Below, in pieces: positions 28,123 through 36,649 of a stretch of 61,928 nucleotides of DNA. Location: NCBI GenBank assembly GCA_035688915.1, contig DASSMK010000245.1, forward strand, positions 1 to 61,928, written 5' to 3'. Both the position numbers and the translations under genes were made by a program. The notes under the pieces were generated by a model. The model was not told where the DNA came from, ran no database searches, and saw nothing but the letters and a program-made list of their open reading frames with translations. How positions within the stretch are numbered: position 1 is the stretch's first letter; each line of letters opens with the position of its first letter. Source of the stretch: Thermoanaerobaculia bacterium (GTDB lineage Bacteria; Acidobacteriota; Thermoanaerobaculia; Gp7-AA8).

Positions 28123-31100
28123 ATGTCGTCTTTACCGCTCGAGCTGCATCAGGTTCTGGAAGAAGAGTACGTGTCGATGTACGGGCCGCTCCCGCGAGGG
28201 CGCGTCGATTACGCGGCCGAGGACATCCTCGATGCGGTGTGGGCGCGGGCGGTGCTGCATGAATGCGGACCGGAAGCCGACGTGAAGTCGGAGCCGGAAG
28301 CGGTCGCGCAGTTTCTCTCCGCGATCGTCACGGACGACGCCGCGGCGGAAAAGAACCTGGAGATGCTGGAGCGCTCGCGCGCGTTGACGCCGCGCGGACG
28401 GCACTTCATCGACCACTACGACGAATACGCGAAATCGCTGCGCGACGAAGGCGGCGATGTGGCGGTGCGCGAGCTGCGCCGCGCCATCTGTGACGACGCA
28501 CTGTCCGGCGCTGTCCGCACGCGTTCCGACCAGCGGTTGGAGAGCATTTACCAGCAGATTCACAAACGCGGCGAGAAGAGTCCGCGCACCGCACTGTGCG
28601 TCTCCGGCGGCGGCATCCGCAGCGCCACCTTCGCACTCGGCGTGATGCAGGGACTGGCCAGCGCCGGGATGCTGCAGAAGTTCGACTATCTCTCCACCGT
28701 CTCCGGCGGCGGTTACATCGGCGGCTGGCTGTCGTCGTGGATGCGCCGTCATCCCGAAGGCGCGAGCGGCGTGGCCAGGGATCTGCGCGAAGCCGACACC
28801 GCCATCGTCGCGCGGCCGAAGAGCGTCACGCCGGATGGCGAGGTGCTGCCATCCGTCGACAAAGCGCCGCCCGCGCACAAGATCAATCCGGAACCGAAAC
28901 CGCTGCGCCATCTGCGCGCGTACAGCAACTATCTCAGCCCGCGCCTCGGCCTTTTCTCCGGCGACACGTGGGCCATGGCTTCGCTCTACATCCGCAATCT
29001 GCTTCTGAACCTGCTCGTGCTCGTGCCGCTGCTCGCGTTCGTGCTCGCGTTCCCGCGCATGTTCAGCGCCGTGCTCGAATTCAGCCGCGATCTCGATCAT
29101 CGTCACGTCTTCCAGCCGAGCGTCTGGGCGTATGTCGCTGCCGGTTTCGCGATCGCCGGCTTCGCGTATCTCGGATACAAACGTCCCGTTGCGCAAGGCG
29201 ATCGCGCGCAGCGGAAGTGGCGCGCCGTCACGACGGACGGTCGCTTTTTGGCCTTCTGCGTTCTGCCGCTCACGCTCTCGGGCGTTTCGCTGGCGGTCTT
29301 CTGGGCGCGCGTGCAGCAGCATCCCGGGCTGCTCGGCGAAGCGGCTCCGCAGCGCGCGATGTGGCTCGCCCTCGGCGGCATGACCGTCATCCCGTATCTG
29401 CTCTATTACGGCCGTTTCTGGGCCACGCTCCCGGCCGAGCGCCGCACTTCCTTTTCTGGCAGCGGCCGCAGCGCGCAACTCCTGAAGCAGGCGTGCGAGC
29501 TGTTCGCTGCGCTGGTGGCCATGGGCTCCGCGATCGCGTTGCTGACCCTCATTGCGAAGAAAGTATTTGCCGAGCCGCTGCGTCCCGTGCCGGTCACTGA
29601 CGCGGTCGAGCCGCTGCTGCGCGTCGGCATGGCCACACTGCCGCAGGCGCAGCTTTACGTCTGTCTGGCCGTGCCGTTGATCCTGCTCGTCTACTTCGTG
29701 CAGGCGAGCATCTTCGTCGGCATCTCCAGCCTCTTCAACGAAGACTCCGATCGCGAGTGGTGGGGCCGCGCCGGCGGCTGGCTGCTGCTCTCCGCCGTTT
29801 TCCTGGCCGTCTTCAATCTGATCTCTGTGTTCGGCCCGATCGCGTTTTACTACGCGCCCGCAATCGTCGCGTCGATCGGCGGCGTGGCCGGCATCGCGTC
29901 CGCGCTGCTCGGGTTCAGCGACAAAACGCCCGCCAATCAGAAGGAGAAAGAAGACGCCGGCATGACCGCGAAGGCGGGCAACGCCGCGTCGGTGCTGGTC
30001 GTGCCTCTCTTCGTCGTAGCGCTGCTGGCCGGAATCTCCCTCGGCACCACCTGGCTCATTCAGGAGATCGACAGCAACTACCTGAAGGACAAGATCATCA
30101 GCGCTGACGCCTTCGCGGAGAAGTCGCTCTACAACGCGCAGTACGAAGTGAAGCAGCCCATCACCACGCCGTCCGGCATCGTGCAGGCGACGCACAAAAC
30201 CGCCGCCGTCCCGGTCACGAGCCTGGAGGCGTTGCGCGCCGCCGCACACCTGCAGACGGTGCAAACCACCAACGCCGGCCAGTGCGCCGCCATCGCGCTC
30301 ATCGCGCTCGCGGCGCTCGGTCTCTCGCGTCTCATCGGCGTGAACAAATTCTCGATGCACGCGTTGTATCGCAATCGCCTGATCCGCGGTTACCTCGGCG
30401 CCTCGCGCTACAACCGCGATGCGGATCGCTTCACCGGCTTCGACGAAAACGACAATCTGCAGATGTGGGAGCTGCGGCCCGAGGTGCTGTGGGCGTGGAG
30501 CTTCATCGACGTGGAGGGTTTCGTCCGCGCGATGAAAACGCGCGACACGACGTTCACCAAACATCTATGGGACGACTGCCTGCACAAGAAAACGCGTCGC
30601 AAGCTCGAGACTACGCTGAAGATCGACGGCGTCGCGCTCGATGCGCTCGTGCAGAACCTGAACGAGATCATCGTCAACGGCTCGCTGGCCACGGAGTTTG
30701 CGGTACCGGACTGGTGCACGACTGACGATGACAAGCAGATCGGCTACTCGCGTGCGATCCGCAACCGCGCCGTGCTCGACGCGAACACCGCCGGCTGGAT
30801 CAAGCCGATGACGCCGCCGCTCGACGCGAAAGACGCACCCGATCCGAATTTCCGCCGCCCGCCGCTGCACGTCGTCAACACCGCTCTCAATTGCACGAGC
30901 GGCGAGAATCTGGCGTGGCAGCAGCGCATGGCCGAGTCGTTCACCGTCTCGCCGTATCACTCCGGAAGCCTCTTCCTCGGCTACCGCGGGTCGAAAGAAT
31001 ACGGCGGCGATGACGGCATCTCGCTCGGCACTGCGGTCACGATCTCCGGCGCCGCGGCCAGCCCGAACATGGGCTACCACTCGTCGCCGACGATGGCTTT

Positions 31101-31887
31101 CCTGCTTACCTTCTTCAATATCCGCCTCGGCGCGTGGCTCGGCAATCCGGGTCCCGACGGCCGCAAGTCGTACATGAAGGGACATCCGCGTTCCGGCATC
31201 GTGCAGTTCTTCGCGGAGCTCACGGGCAACTCCACCGACCGTTCGAAGTGGGTCTATCTCTCCGACGGCGGTCACTTCGAGAACCTCGGCCTGTACGAGA
31301 TGGTGCTGCGCCGCTGCCACACGATCGTGCTTAGCGACGCCGGCGCCGATCCGACGTACAACTTCGAAGATCTCGGCAACGCCATCCGGAAAATCCGCAC
31401 CGACCTCGGTGTGCCGATCGACATCAGCCGCATCGCCGAGGCGCCGCGCGGCGCGAACGGCGAGCCGGTCGACGGACGCTATCTCGCCGTTGGCAAGATC
31501 CGCTACAGCGCGGTCGACAAGAACGGCAAAGACGGAACGCTGATCTACATCAAGCCGGGCATCTTCAAGGATCCGGACGTGCCCGTCGACGTGTACAACT
31601 ACGCGCAGCAGTCGCGCGACTTCCCGCACGAATCGACGGGCGATCAGTTCTTCAGCGAGTCACAGTTCGAGAGCTACCGCGCCCTCGGCCGTCATGCGGT
31701 GGCGCAGCTCTTCGGCGGTGGCGACGGCGCGCCGTGGGAGCTGGCGGCCGATCCTCGTCTGCCGATCAAACGTTCGGATCTGAAGGGACTGTTCGGCGAT
31801 TCGCCGGTGGTTCCGCAGCTCCCGGCCGAGCCGAAACTGCAGCTACGTCCCAACGACGCAGCGCGTCGCCGACATCCGATCGGGTAG
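28123..31887 (+). CDS. Patatin/cPLA2-like phospholipase (1254 aa) whose catalytic domain is split by a large polytopic membrane insertion
   Basis: GGAGG 6 nt upstream of the ATG. Oxyanion motif SGGGIRS (aa 161-167), nucleophile elbow TVSGGG (Ser194), and dyad Asp in YLSDGGHFENLG (Asp1048). About 10 hydrophobic helices lie between aa ~283 and ~740. Confidence 0.8.
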   Translation: MSSLPLELHQVLEEEYVSMYGPLPRGRVDYAAEDILDAVWARAVLHECGPEADVKSEPEAVAQFLSAIVTDDAAAEKNLEMLERSRALTPRGRHFIDHYDEYAKSLRDEGGDVAVRELRRAICDDALSGAVRTRSDQRLESIYQQIHKRGEKSPRTALCVSGGGIRSATFALGVMQGLASAGMLQKFDYLSTVSGGGYIGGWLSSWMRRHPEGASGVARDLREADTAIVARPKSVTPDGEVLPSVDKAPPAHKINPEPKPLRHLRAYSNYLSPRLGLFSGDTWAMASLYIRNLLLNLLVLVPLLAFVLAFPRMFSAVLEFSRDLDHRHVFQPSVWAYVAAGFAIAGFAYLGYKRPVAQGDRAQRKWRAVTTDGRFLAFCVLPLTLSGVSLAVFWARVQQHPGLLGEAAPQRAMWLALGGMTVIPYLLYYGRFWATLPAERRTSFSGSGRSAQLLKQACELFAALVAMGSAIALLTLIAKKVFAEPLRPVPVTDAVEPLLRVGMATLPQAQLYVCLAVPLILLVYFVQASIFVGISSLFNEDSDREWWGRAGGWLLLSAVFLAVFNLISVFGPIAFYYAPAIVASIGGVAGIASALLGFSDKTPANQKEKEDAGMTAKAGNAASVLVVPLFVVALLAGISLGTTWLIQEIDSNYLKDKIISADAFAEKSLYNAQYEVKQPITTPSGIVQATHKTAAVPVTSLEALRAAAHLQTVQTTNAGQCAAIALIALAALGLSRLIGVNKFSMHALYRNRLIRGYLGASRYNRDADRFTGFDENDNLQMWELRPEVLWAWSFIDVEGFVRAMKTRDTTFTKHLWDDCLHKKTRRKLETTLKIDGVALDALVQNLNEIIVNGSLATEFAVPDWCTTDDDKQIGYSRAIRNRAVLDANTAGWIKPMTPPLDAKDAPDPNFRRPPLHVVNTALNCTSGENLAWQQRMAESFTVSPYHSGSLFLGYRGSKEYGGDDGISLGTAVTISGAAASPNMGYHSSPTMAFLLTFFNIRLGAWLGNPGPDGRKSYMKGHPRSGIVQFFAELTGNSTDRSKWVYLSDGGHFENLGLYEMVLRRCHTIVLSDAGADPTYNFEDLGNAIRKIRTDLGVPIDISRIAEAPRGANGEPVDGRYLAVGKIRYSAVDKNGKDGTLIYIKPGIFKDPDVPVDVYNYAQQSRDFPHESTGDQFFSESQFESYRALGRHAVAQLFGGGDGAPWELAADPRLPIKRSDLKGLFGDSPVVPQLPAEPKLQLRPNDAARRRHPIG

Positions 31888-32337
31888 CGAACGGCGCGAG
31901 GGGAGGGCGGCCAGGGCGAAGCCGATGCCCGCGGTCGCCAGTGATGCGAGCGTGGCGGCCCAGCGCAGCGATGCGCTCCGCCACGACATCGCGTCCATCG
32001 ATTCACGCGCGATCTTCACGTCGAAGATCGCGCCGCCGATCGTCTTTCCCCACAGCAGCCACGTGCCGACGAAGTAGTGGTACGAGAGCACCAGCACGAA
32101 GCCCGCGAGCGCTGTGATGGCGAGCCACGAAGCGGGGGAGGGGAGCAGCGGCGAGAGCGCGAGCACGATCGCCACGAAGAGCGATAGATCGGTGAGCAGC
32201 GCCAGCAGGCGTTTGCCGCGCGGCGCGTCGTCTCCGGTTGCCGCATCGTCTGCGGCGGCGTGGTGTGATGCCATTGCCGCCGCCGGTTCATCCACCAGTG
32301 GCACCGCGTCCAGCTCGATCTCGTCGAAGCGCATCAC
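31843..32337 (-). CDS. RDD family membrane protein
   Basis: 164 aa with TM helices, GKTIGGAIFDVKI and a C-terminal ...SLPDRMSATRCV typical of RDD proteins. Its 3' end overlaps the convergent patatin gene by 45 bp. Confidence 0.65.
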   Translation of the reverse strand: MMRFDEIELDAVPLVDEPAAAMASHHAAADDAATGDDAPRGKRLLALLTDLSLFVAIVLALSPLLPSPASWLAITALAGFVLVLSYHYFVGTWLLWGKTIGGAIFDVKIARESMDAMSWRSASLRWAATLASLATAGIGFALAALPSRRSLPDRMSATRCVVGT

Positions 32338-32367
32338 ACCCTCCCGTCCGTTCTTCAGCTTCTGGAA

Positions 32368-34536
32368 CTACGACACAGCTTGCCGCAACGGCAGATATTT
32401 TACGTAAATCTTGTACAGAAGGTCTCGCGGCTGATTGTCGTACCGCTGCGCGAGGTCTTTGCTGCGCTTGGCCAGCTCGTCGCTCGGATCGACTTTCAGC
32501 ACTTCATCGAACTCGCGAATGGCGTCCGGCAGACGCTCGTCCTGCAGCGCCTGGGCGCCGAGGTTGAAGTGGGCGTCGAGCGTCATGCGCTGGATATTCT
32601 TGTTGTCCGGATCGGCGATCGCGAGCTGCTGCAGATTCGCGAGCGCTTCGTTGTACTTGCGCTCCTGGAACAGCGCCTTCGCTGCGTCGAGCTTCGCCAC
32701 CTGCTGCGCGGCGGTGTCGTACGACGCCTTCATGTCGGCCGGCAGCGGCTTCACCTTCATCGCATCTTCGAAGGACTGTTTCGCTGCGGCGTAATCGTGC
32801 GTCTCCAGCGAGGCGCGCGCGGCCTGGATCTTTTCTTCGTAATAGACCGTGGCGGGCTGGCCGTCGATCATCTCGGAGGACTTGGCGCGCTTCGCTTGCA
32901 GGTCCGCGATCATTTCCAGCGCGCGGTCATGCTCCGGATCGTCCGGCTTGATGTCCTGCAGCACGGAGATCGCTTGCTCGTACTTGCCTTTGCCTGCGAG
33001 CGAAGACGCGCGCGCGAAGATCGCCTGCGTGGCCGCGGGATCGAACGCGGGCTGCGCGAAGAACTTCGTCCAGGCGAACCAGCCGCCGACCGCCAGCACC
33101 AGCACGACGAGCACGGTGAGGATCGTGCCCATCGGCAGCTTGCGCGCGGGAGCGGAGGTGGTGACGGCTTTGGTCGAACCGGTTTTCTTTTGTGCTTTGG
33201 CCGAGGGCGCGGGAGCGTCCATCGGGTCGGGTGGAATCAGCGAATCGTCGGACGATGGCCCTTCTTCGAAGAAATCGAGATTGACCTTCGGCTCGTCGAC
33301 ATACGGTACGTCAAAGTCTGGTGCGTCGACTTCCACCGCCGGAGCGGAAGCGAGCCGCTCCAGGTAATCGTTCGCGGTGCTGTTGTGTGGATCGAGCCGC
33401 AGCACTTCGGTGAAGCCGGCGCGCGCGCGATCGGCGTCTTTGCGATCGAATGCGGCGATGGCGGCGGCGAGCGGGCCTTCGATCTTCTGCTCGATGTCGC
33501 GGCGCTTCGTCTTCGCGCGCTCTATGCGATCGGAAGCCTGATCGTTCGTGACGTCGATGAGGAAGATGCGCGACCAGAGATCGATGGCTGATTGGTAGTC
33601 GCCCGCGTCGAAGGCGCGGTCGCCGTCGGAGAGGAACTGCTCGATTTTTTTCTGATCGTCCGGCGTCGTGCTCACCGTGGCGGTGGCGAAGTCGAATTGT
33701 TGCGGTGCGGGAGTGGCGGGCGCCGCCGGTGTTGCGGGCGTGGCGGGCGCGTCGAACGAAAAGCCGGCGAACGGAGCGTCCGTCGCGGCGGTGGTGCTCG
33801 GCGAATCGAACGAGAAATTCGAAAAGTCGACCGGCGCGGGAGCGGCGGGAGCGGCAGGCGCTGCGGCTTCTTCGAACGTGAATCCAAAGTCCGCTGCCTG
33901 GGCGGCGGGACGTCCCGACGCGGCCGCTTTCGCCGGATCGTCGACGATGAAAGACGGCGACGCGTCGAATGAGAATGCCACCGGCGCGGCCGCGGGGCCT
34001 CCGGCGGGTTGTCCATCGATCGCCTGAGCGAGGCGAATCACTTCGGGATGCGTCGGATCGAGCTGCCGCGCTTTTTCGAGATCCTGCCGCGCGCTGTTGA
34101 GATTCCCGGACGCCATGGACTGATTCGCCTTGCGGACGAACTGGTCGATGAACGGCGCGGCTTCGAGCTTTTCCCGCGCGTCGTCGCCGAGGACGCGGGC
34201 TTCGTCGTTCATGAGATCGTTGGTGAGGATCTCGGTGGTGATGTGGATGACGCGCTGAAAGTCGCGCGCGGCCATCGCTTCACGGGCCTGCTGCAGTGCG
34301 GTGGAATCGTCTGTCGGATTGAACATGTCCACGTCGATCGGCAAATTCGGATTGCGGCTTTTCTCGAGCAGCTTGCGTGCGGGCTCGAAGTGCGGGTCCA
34401 GCTGCAGGATCAGATTGCAGCCGGCCGCCACTTCGTTGGTGCGCCCCTGGTTGTACAGCGTCAGCGTCTGTTGGAATGTCGAGAGGACCCGATCCTTGAC
34501 GGCGTTCGCCAGCGAAGCAGTCCCCGGGTAAGTCAT
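32368..34536 (-). CDS. Tetratricopeptide-repeat protein with one central TM helix and a Pro/Ala-rich linker
   Basis: 722-aa ORF with multiple TPR-like units in both halves and the TM segment LPMGTILTVLVVLVLAVGGWFAW. Confidence 0.75.
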   Translation of the reverse strand: MTYPGTASLANAVKDRVLSTFQQTLTLYNQGRTNEVAAGCNLILQLDPHFEPARKLLEKSRNPNLPIDVDMFNPTDDSTALQQAREAMAARDFQRVIHITTEILTNDLMNDEARVLGDDAREKLEAAPFIDQFVRKANQSMASGNLNSARQDLEKARQLDPTHPEVIRLAQAIDGQPAGGPAAAPVAFSFDASPSFIVDDPAKAAASGRPAAQAADFGFTFEEAAAPAAPAAPAPVDFSNFSFDSPSTTAATDAPFAGFSFDAPATPATPAAPATPAPQQFDFATATVSTTPDDQKKIEQFLSDGDRAFDAGDYQSAIDLWSRIFLIDVTNDQASDRIERAKTKRRDIEQKIEGPLAAAIAAFDRKDADRARAGFTEVLRLDPHNSTANDYLERLASAPAVEVDAPDFDVPYVDEPKVNLDFFEEGPSSDDSLIPPDPMDAPAPSAKAQKKTGSTKAVTTSAPARKLPMGTILTVLVVLVLAVGGWFAWTKFFAQPAFDPAATQAIFARASSLAGKGKYEQAISVLQDIKPDDPEHDRALEMIADLQAKRAKSSEMIDGQPATVYYEEKIQAARASLETHDYAAAKQSFEDAMKVKPLPADMKASYDTAAQQVAKLDAAKALFQERKYNEALANLQQLAIADPDNKNIQRMTLDAHFNLGAQALQDERLPDAIREFDEVLKVDPSDELAKRSKDLAQRYDNQPRDLLYKIYVKYLPLRQAVS

Positions 34537-34608
34537 TCGTGCAGGCGCTCTCCGATTCCGGTCGGGCGATTATAGCTATACTGCGCGCGCAGAAAGGATT
34601 GCGCGCAA

Positions 34609-34989
34609 ATGGATACCGTTGCCACACCCGACGCCCCGAAGGCGATCGGCCCTTACTCGCAGGCCGTGAAGGCCAACGGAGTGGTTTACACCTCCGGCCA
34701 GATTGCTCTCGACCCCGCCACCGGTGCGCTGGTGGAGGGCGATTTCGAAGCGCAGGCGCGCCGCGTCTTCGAGAACCTGAAAGCGGTGCTCACCGAAGCG
34801 GGAAGCAGCTTCGACCGCGTCCTCAAGGCCACGGTCTACCTGCAGAGCATGAGCGACTTCCAGACGCTGAATGCGGTTTACGCCGAATACTTTGGCGAGC
34901 ACAAACCGGCGCGGACGACCGTGGCGGTGGCGGGATTGCCGAAAGGCGGAGCCGTTGAAGTGGATCTGGTAGCGCTCGTTGGGAATTGA
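34609..34989 (+). CDS. ridA: RidA/YjgF family reactive-intermediate (enamine/imine) deaminase
   Basis: 126 aa: APKAIGPYSQAVKANGVVYTSGQIALDP...ARTTVAVAGLPKGGAVEVDLVA is the canonical family sequence. Confidence 0.92.
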   Translation: MDTVATPDAPKAIGPYSQAVKANGVVYTSGQIALDPATGALVEGDFEAQARRVFENLKAVLTEAGSSFDRVLKATVYLQSMSDFQTLNAVYAEYFGEHKPARTTVAVAGLPKGGAVEVDLVALVGN

Positions 34990-35116
34990 AAATTGAAAAT
35001 TGAAAATTGAAAATTGCGCGATCGGCGGCGTGGTCGCGAACGGTGAATGCAAATGACGTCGCGGCGCCAGCCGCGCTCCACCATTTTCAATTTTCAATTT
35101 TTAATTTTCAATTCCG
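34981..35116. repeat. 36-bp near-perfect inverted repeat whose arms are tandem AT-rich heptamers (AATTGAA x4.7 / TTCAATT x4.7), 64-bp spacer
   Basis: Left arm 34981-35016 and right arm 35081-35116 match at 33 of 36 complementary positions. The ridA stop codon lies inside the first heptamer. Confidence 0.85.
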
Positions 35117-35199
35117 ATCCTCCTCACAACAAGCGAGTTACGCCCGCGCGAAAGCCGCTCGCGCCAATGGCATCTCGGTTGCAGTTCCGCCGGATCAAC

Positions 35200-36489
35200 A
35201 TGACCCGGAAACTCCCCGCTCTCGCAGTCTTCCTTCTGGTCGCGACTGCGCTGCCCGCGGTCGCGGGGACTCGCCTTACTTACGTCATCAACGGCTCGCC
35301 GAAAGCGATCTACTGGCCGCAGGCTTCGCTGCCGCTGCAGTACAAGATCGATCAGCGTGTCGTGAATGCGATGCCCGAAGCGAAGCAGGTCATCGAGCGC
35401 GCGTTTGCGGCCTGGGCCGGCGTGACCGATGGCAACCTGCAGTTTCAGGATGACGGCGTGGCCAACGCGCTCAGCGCGAGAAACGATTCGCGCAACGTGA
35501 TCACGCTCTCCGACGATCTCTTCGCCAATCAGGGCTGCATCGCGCTCACCACGTACACCTTCGACACTTCCGGCTCCACGCCGGGGCGTCTCACCGACGC
35601 AGACATTCAGCTCGACGCGTCGCTTTTCCGCGGCGGCTACAACGCCGAGATGGCCATCGAGCACGAGATCGGTCACATGATCGGGCTCGATCACAGCGCG
35701 GTGCTCTCCGCGATCATGTATCCGTACGTCAGCAAGGGTGCCGGCTCGCCGGTGCTCGACAGCGACGATCGCGTGGCCGTGGCCACGTCATATCCGAAAG
35801 CGGATGACTCCTTCGCCGGCGGCACACTCAGCGGCCGTGTTGTGGGCGATGGCGGCGGCATCTTCGCCGCGCAGGTCGTGGCGCTCAGCGAGCAGGGCGA
35901 GCCCGTGGCCACTGCGCTCACGAACAGCGTGGGCGAGTTCACGCTCTCCGGTCTTCCGAACGGCCGCTACCGCGTTTATGCCGAGCCGCTGGATGGTCCG
36001 GTCGATGTGTCGAAGCTCGAAGGCGTCTGGCGCCAGGCCAAGGTGCAATCGTTCCCGACGCAGTTCCTCGACGGCGATCCGATCGAAGTGACGAACGGCA
36101 AAGTGATCGGCAATCTGATCGTCTCCAGCTCGGGAGTGGTGCGTCTCAATCCGAAATGGGTCGGCGTCACGAGCGCGAACGGCGATCTCTCGCTCTCTTC
36201 CACACCCATCAGCCTGAAGCCGGGCGACAACGTCACGCTGGCGGTGGCCGGCGACGGCTTCACAAGCAGCATGACGCAGTTCGAAGTGCTGAACCCCGCC
36301 TTCCGCCGCACGTCCGACTTTACCTGGTCGGGTAACTACGTCTCGGCCAACTACGCCATCGCGCCGAATGCATCCTCGACGTCGGCGGTCATTCTCGTGA
36401 AGAGCGGGAACGAGACGGCCACGCTCACGGGCGCGTTGCGCGTGCGCGGGGCTCAGGGACCGACCAAGAGTCGAGCGGTGCGGCGCTAG
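35200..36489 (+). CDS. Secreted matrixin (M10) family zinc metalloprotease with a carboxypeptidase-regulatory-like beta domain
   Basis: Signal peptide MTRKLPALAVFLLVATALPAVAG. Zinc motif HEIGHMIGLDHS plus Met-turn IMYP. GTLSGRVVG...GRYRVYAEP is a CarboxypepD_reg-like segment. Confidence 0.85.
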   Translation: MTRKLPALAVFLLVATALPAVAGTRLTYVINGSPKAIYWPQASLPLQYKIDQRVVNAMPEAKQVIERAFAAWAGVTDGNLQFQDDGVANALSARNDSRNVITLSDDLFANQGCIALTTYTFDTSGSTPGRLTDADIQLDASLFRGGYNAEMAIEHEIGHMIGLDHSAVLSAIMYPYVSKGAGSPVLDSDDRVAVATSYPKADDSFAGGTLSGRVVGDGGGIFAAQVVALSEQGEPVATALTNSVGEFTLSGLPNGRYRVYAEPLDGPVDVSKLEGVWRQAKVQSFPTQFLDGDPIEVTNGKVIGNLIVSSSGVVRLNPKWVGVTSANGDLSLSSTPISLKPGDNVTLAVAGDGFTSSMTQFEVLNPAFRRTSDFTWSGNYVSANYAIAPNASSTSAVILVKSGNETATLTGALRVRGAQGPTKSRAVRR

Positions 36490-36508
36490 CCGCTCCGCTA
36501 CCGCTCGT

Positions 36509-36649
36509 TCAATACCGCAGCCGCCACCGTTCCGAAGATGCGCTGCCGCTGTCGGAGTTCTCGACCACGATGCCGTCGTTGCGCGCGGCCTCTGCGATGG
36601 TCGCAAGTCGCTCGCGGTCTCGTTCGACGATGAGAATCCGTCCGGTCAT
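36509..36649 (-). CDS. 46-codon ORF resembling the first third of a response-regulator receiver domain (truncated remnant?)
   Basis: Its ATG overlaps the DUF389 stop (ATGA at 36646-36649). Translation is MTGRILIVERDRERLATIAEAARNDGIVVENSDSGSASSERWRLRY. It is too short to be a functional receiver. Confidence 0.25.
   Translation of the reverse strand: MTGRILIVERDRERLATIAEAARNDGIVVENSDSGSASSERWRLRY

Noticed and set aside
28132-30564. 810-aa ORF antisense to the patatin gene
   Set aside because: Arg/Glu/Gly/Ala-rich translation with no recognisable domain. The sense strand encodes coherent patatin motifs and TM helices and has a good RBS.
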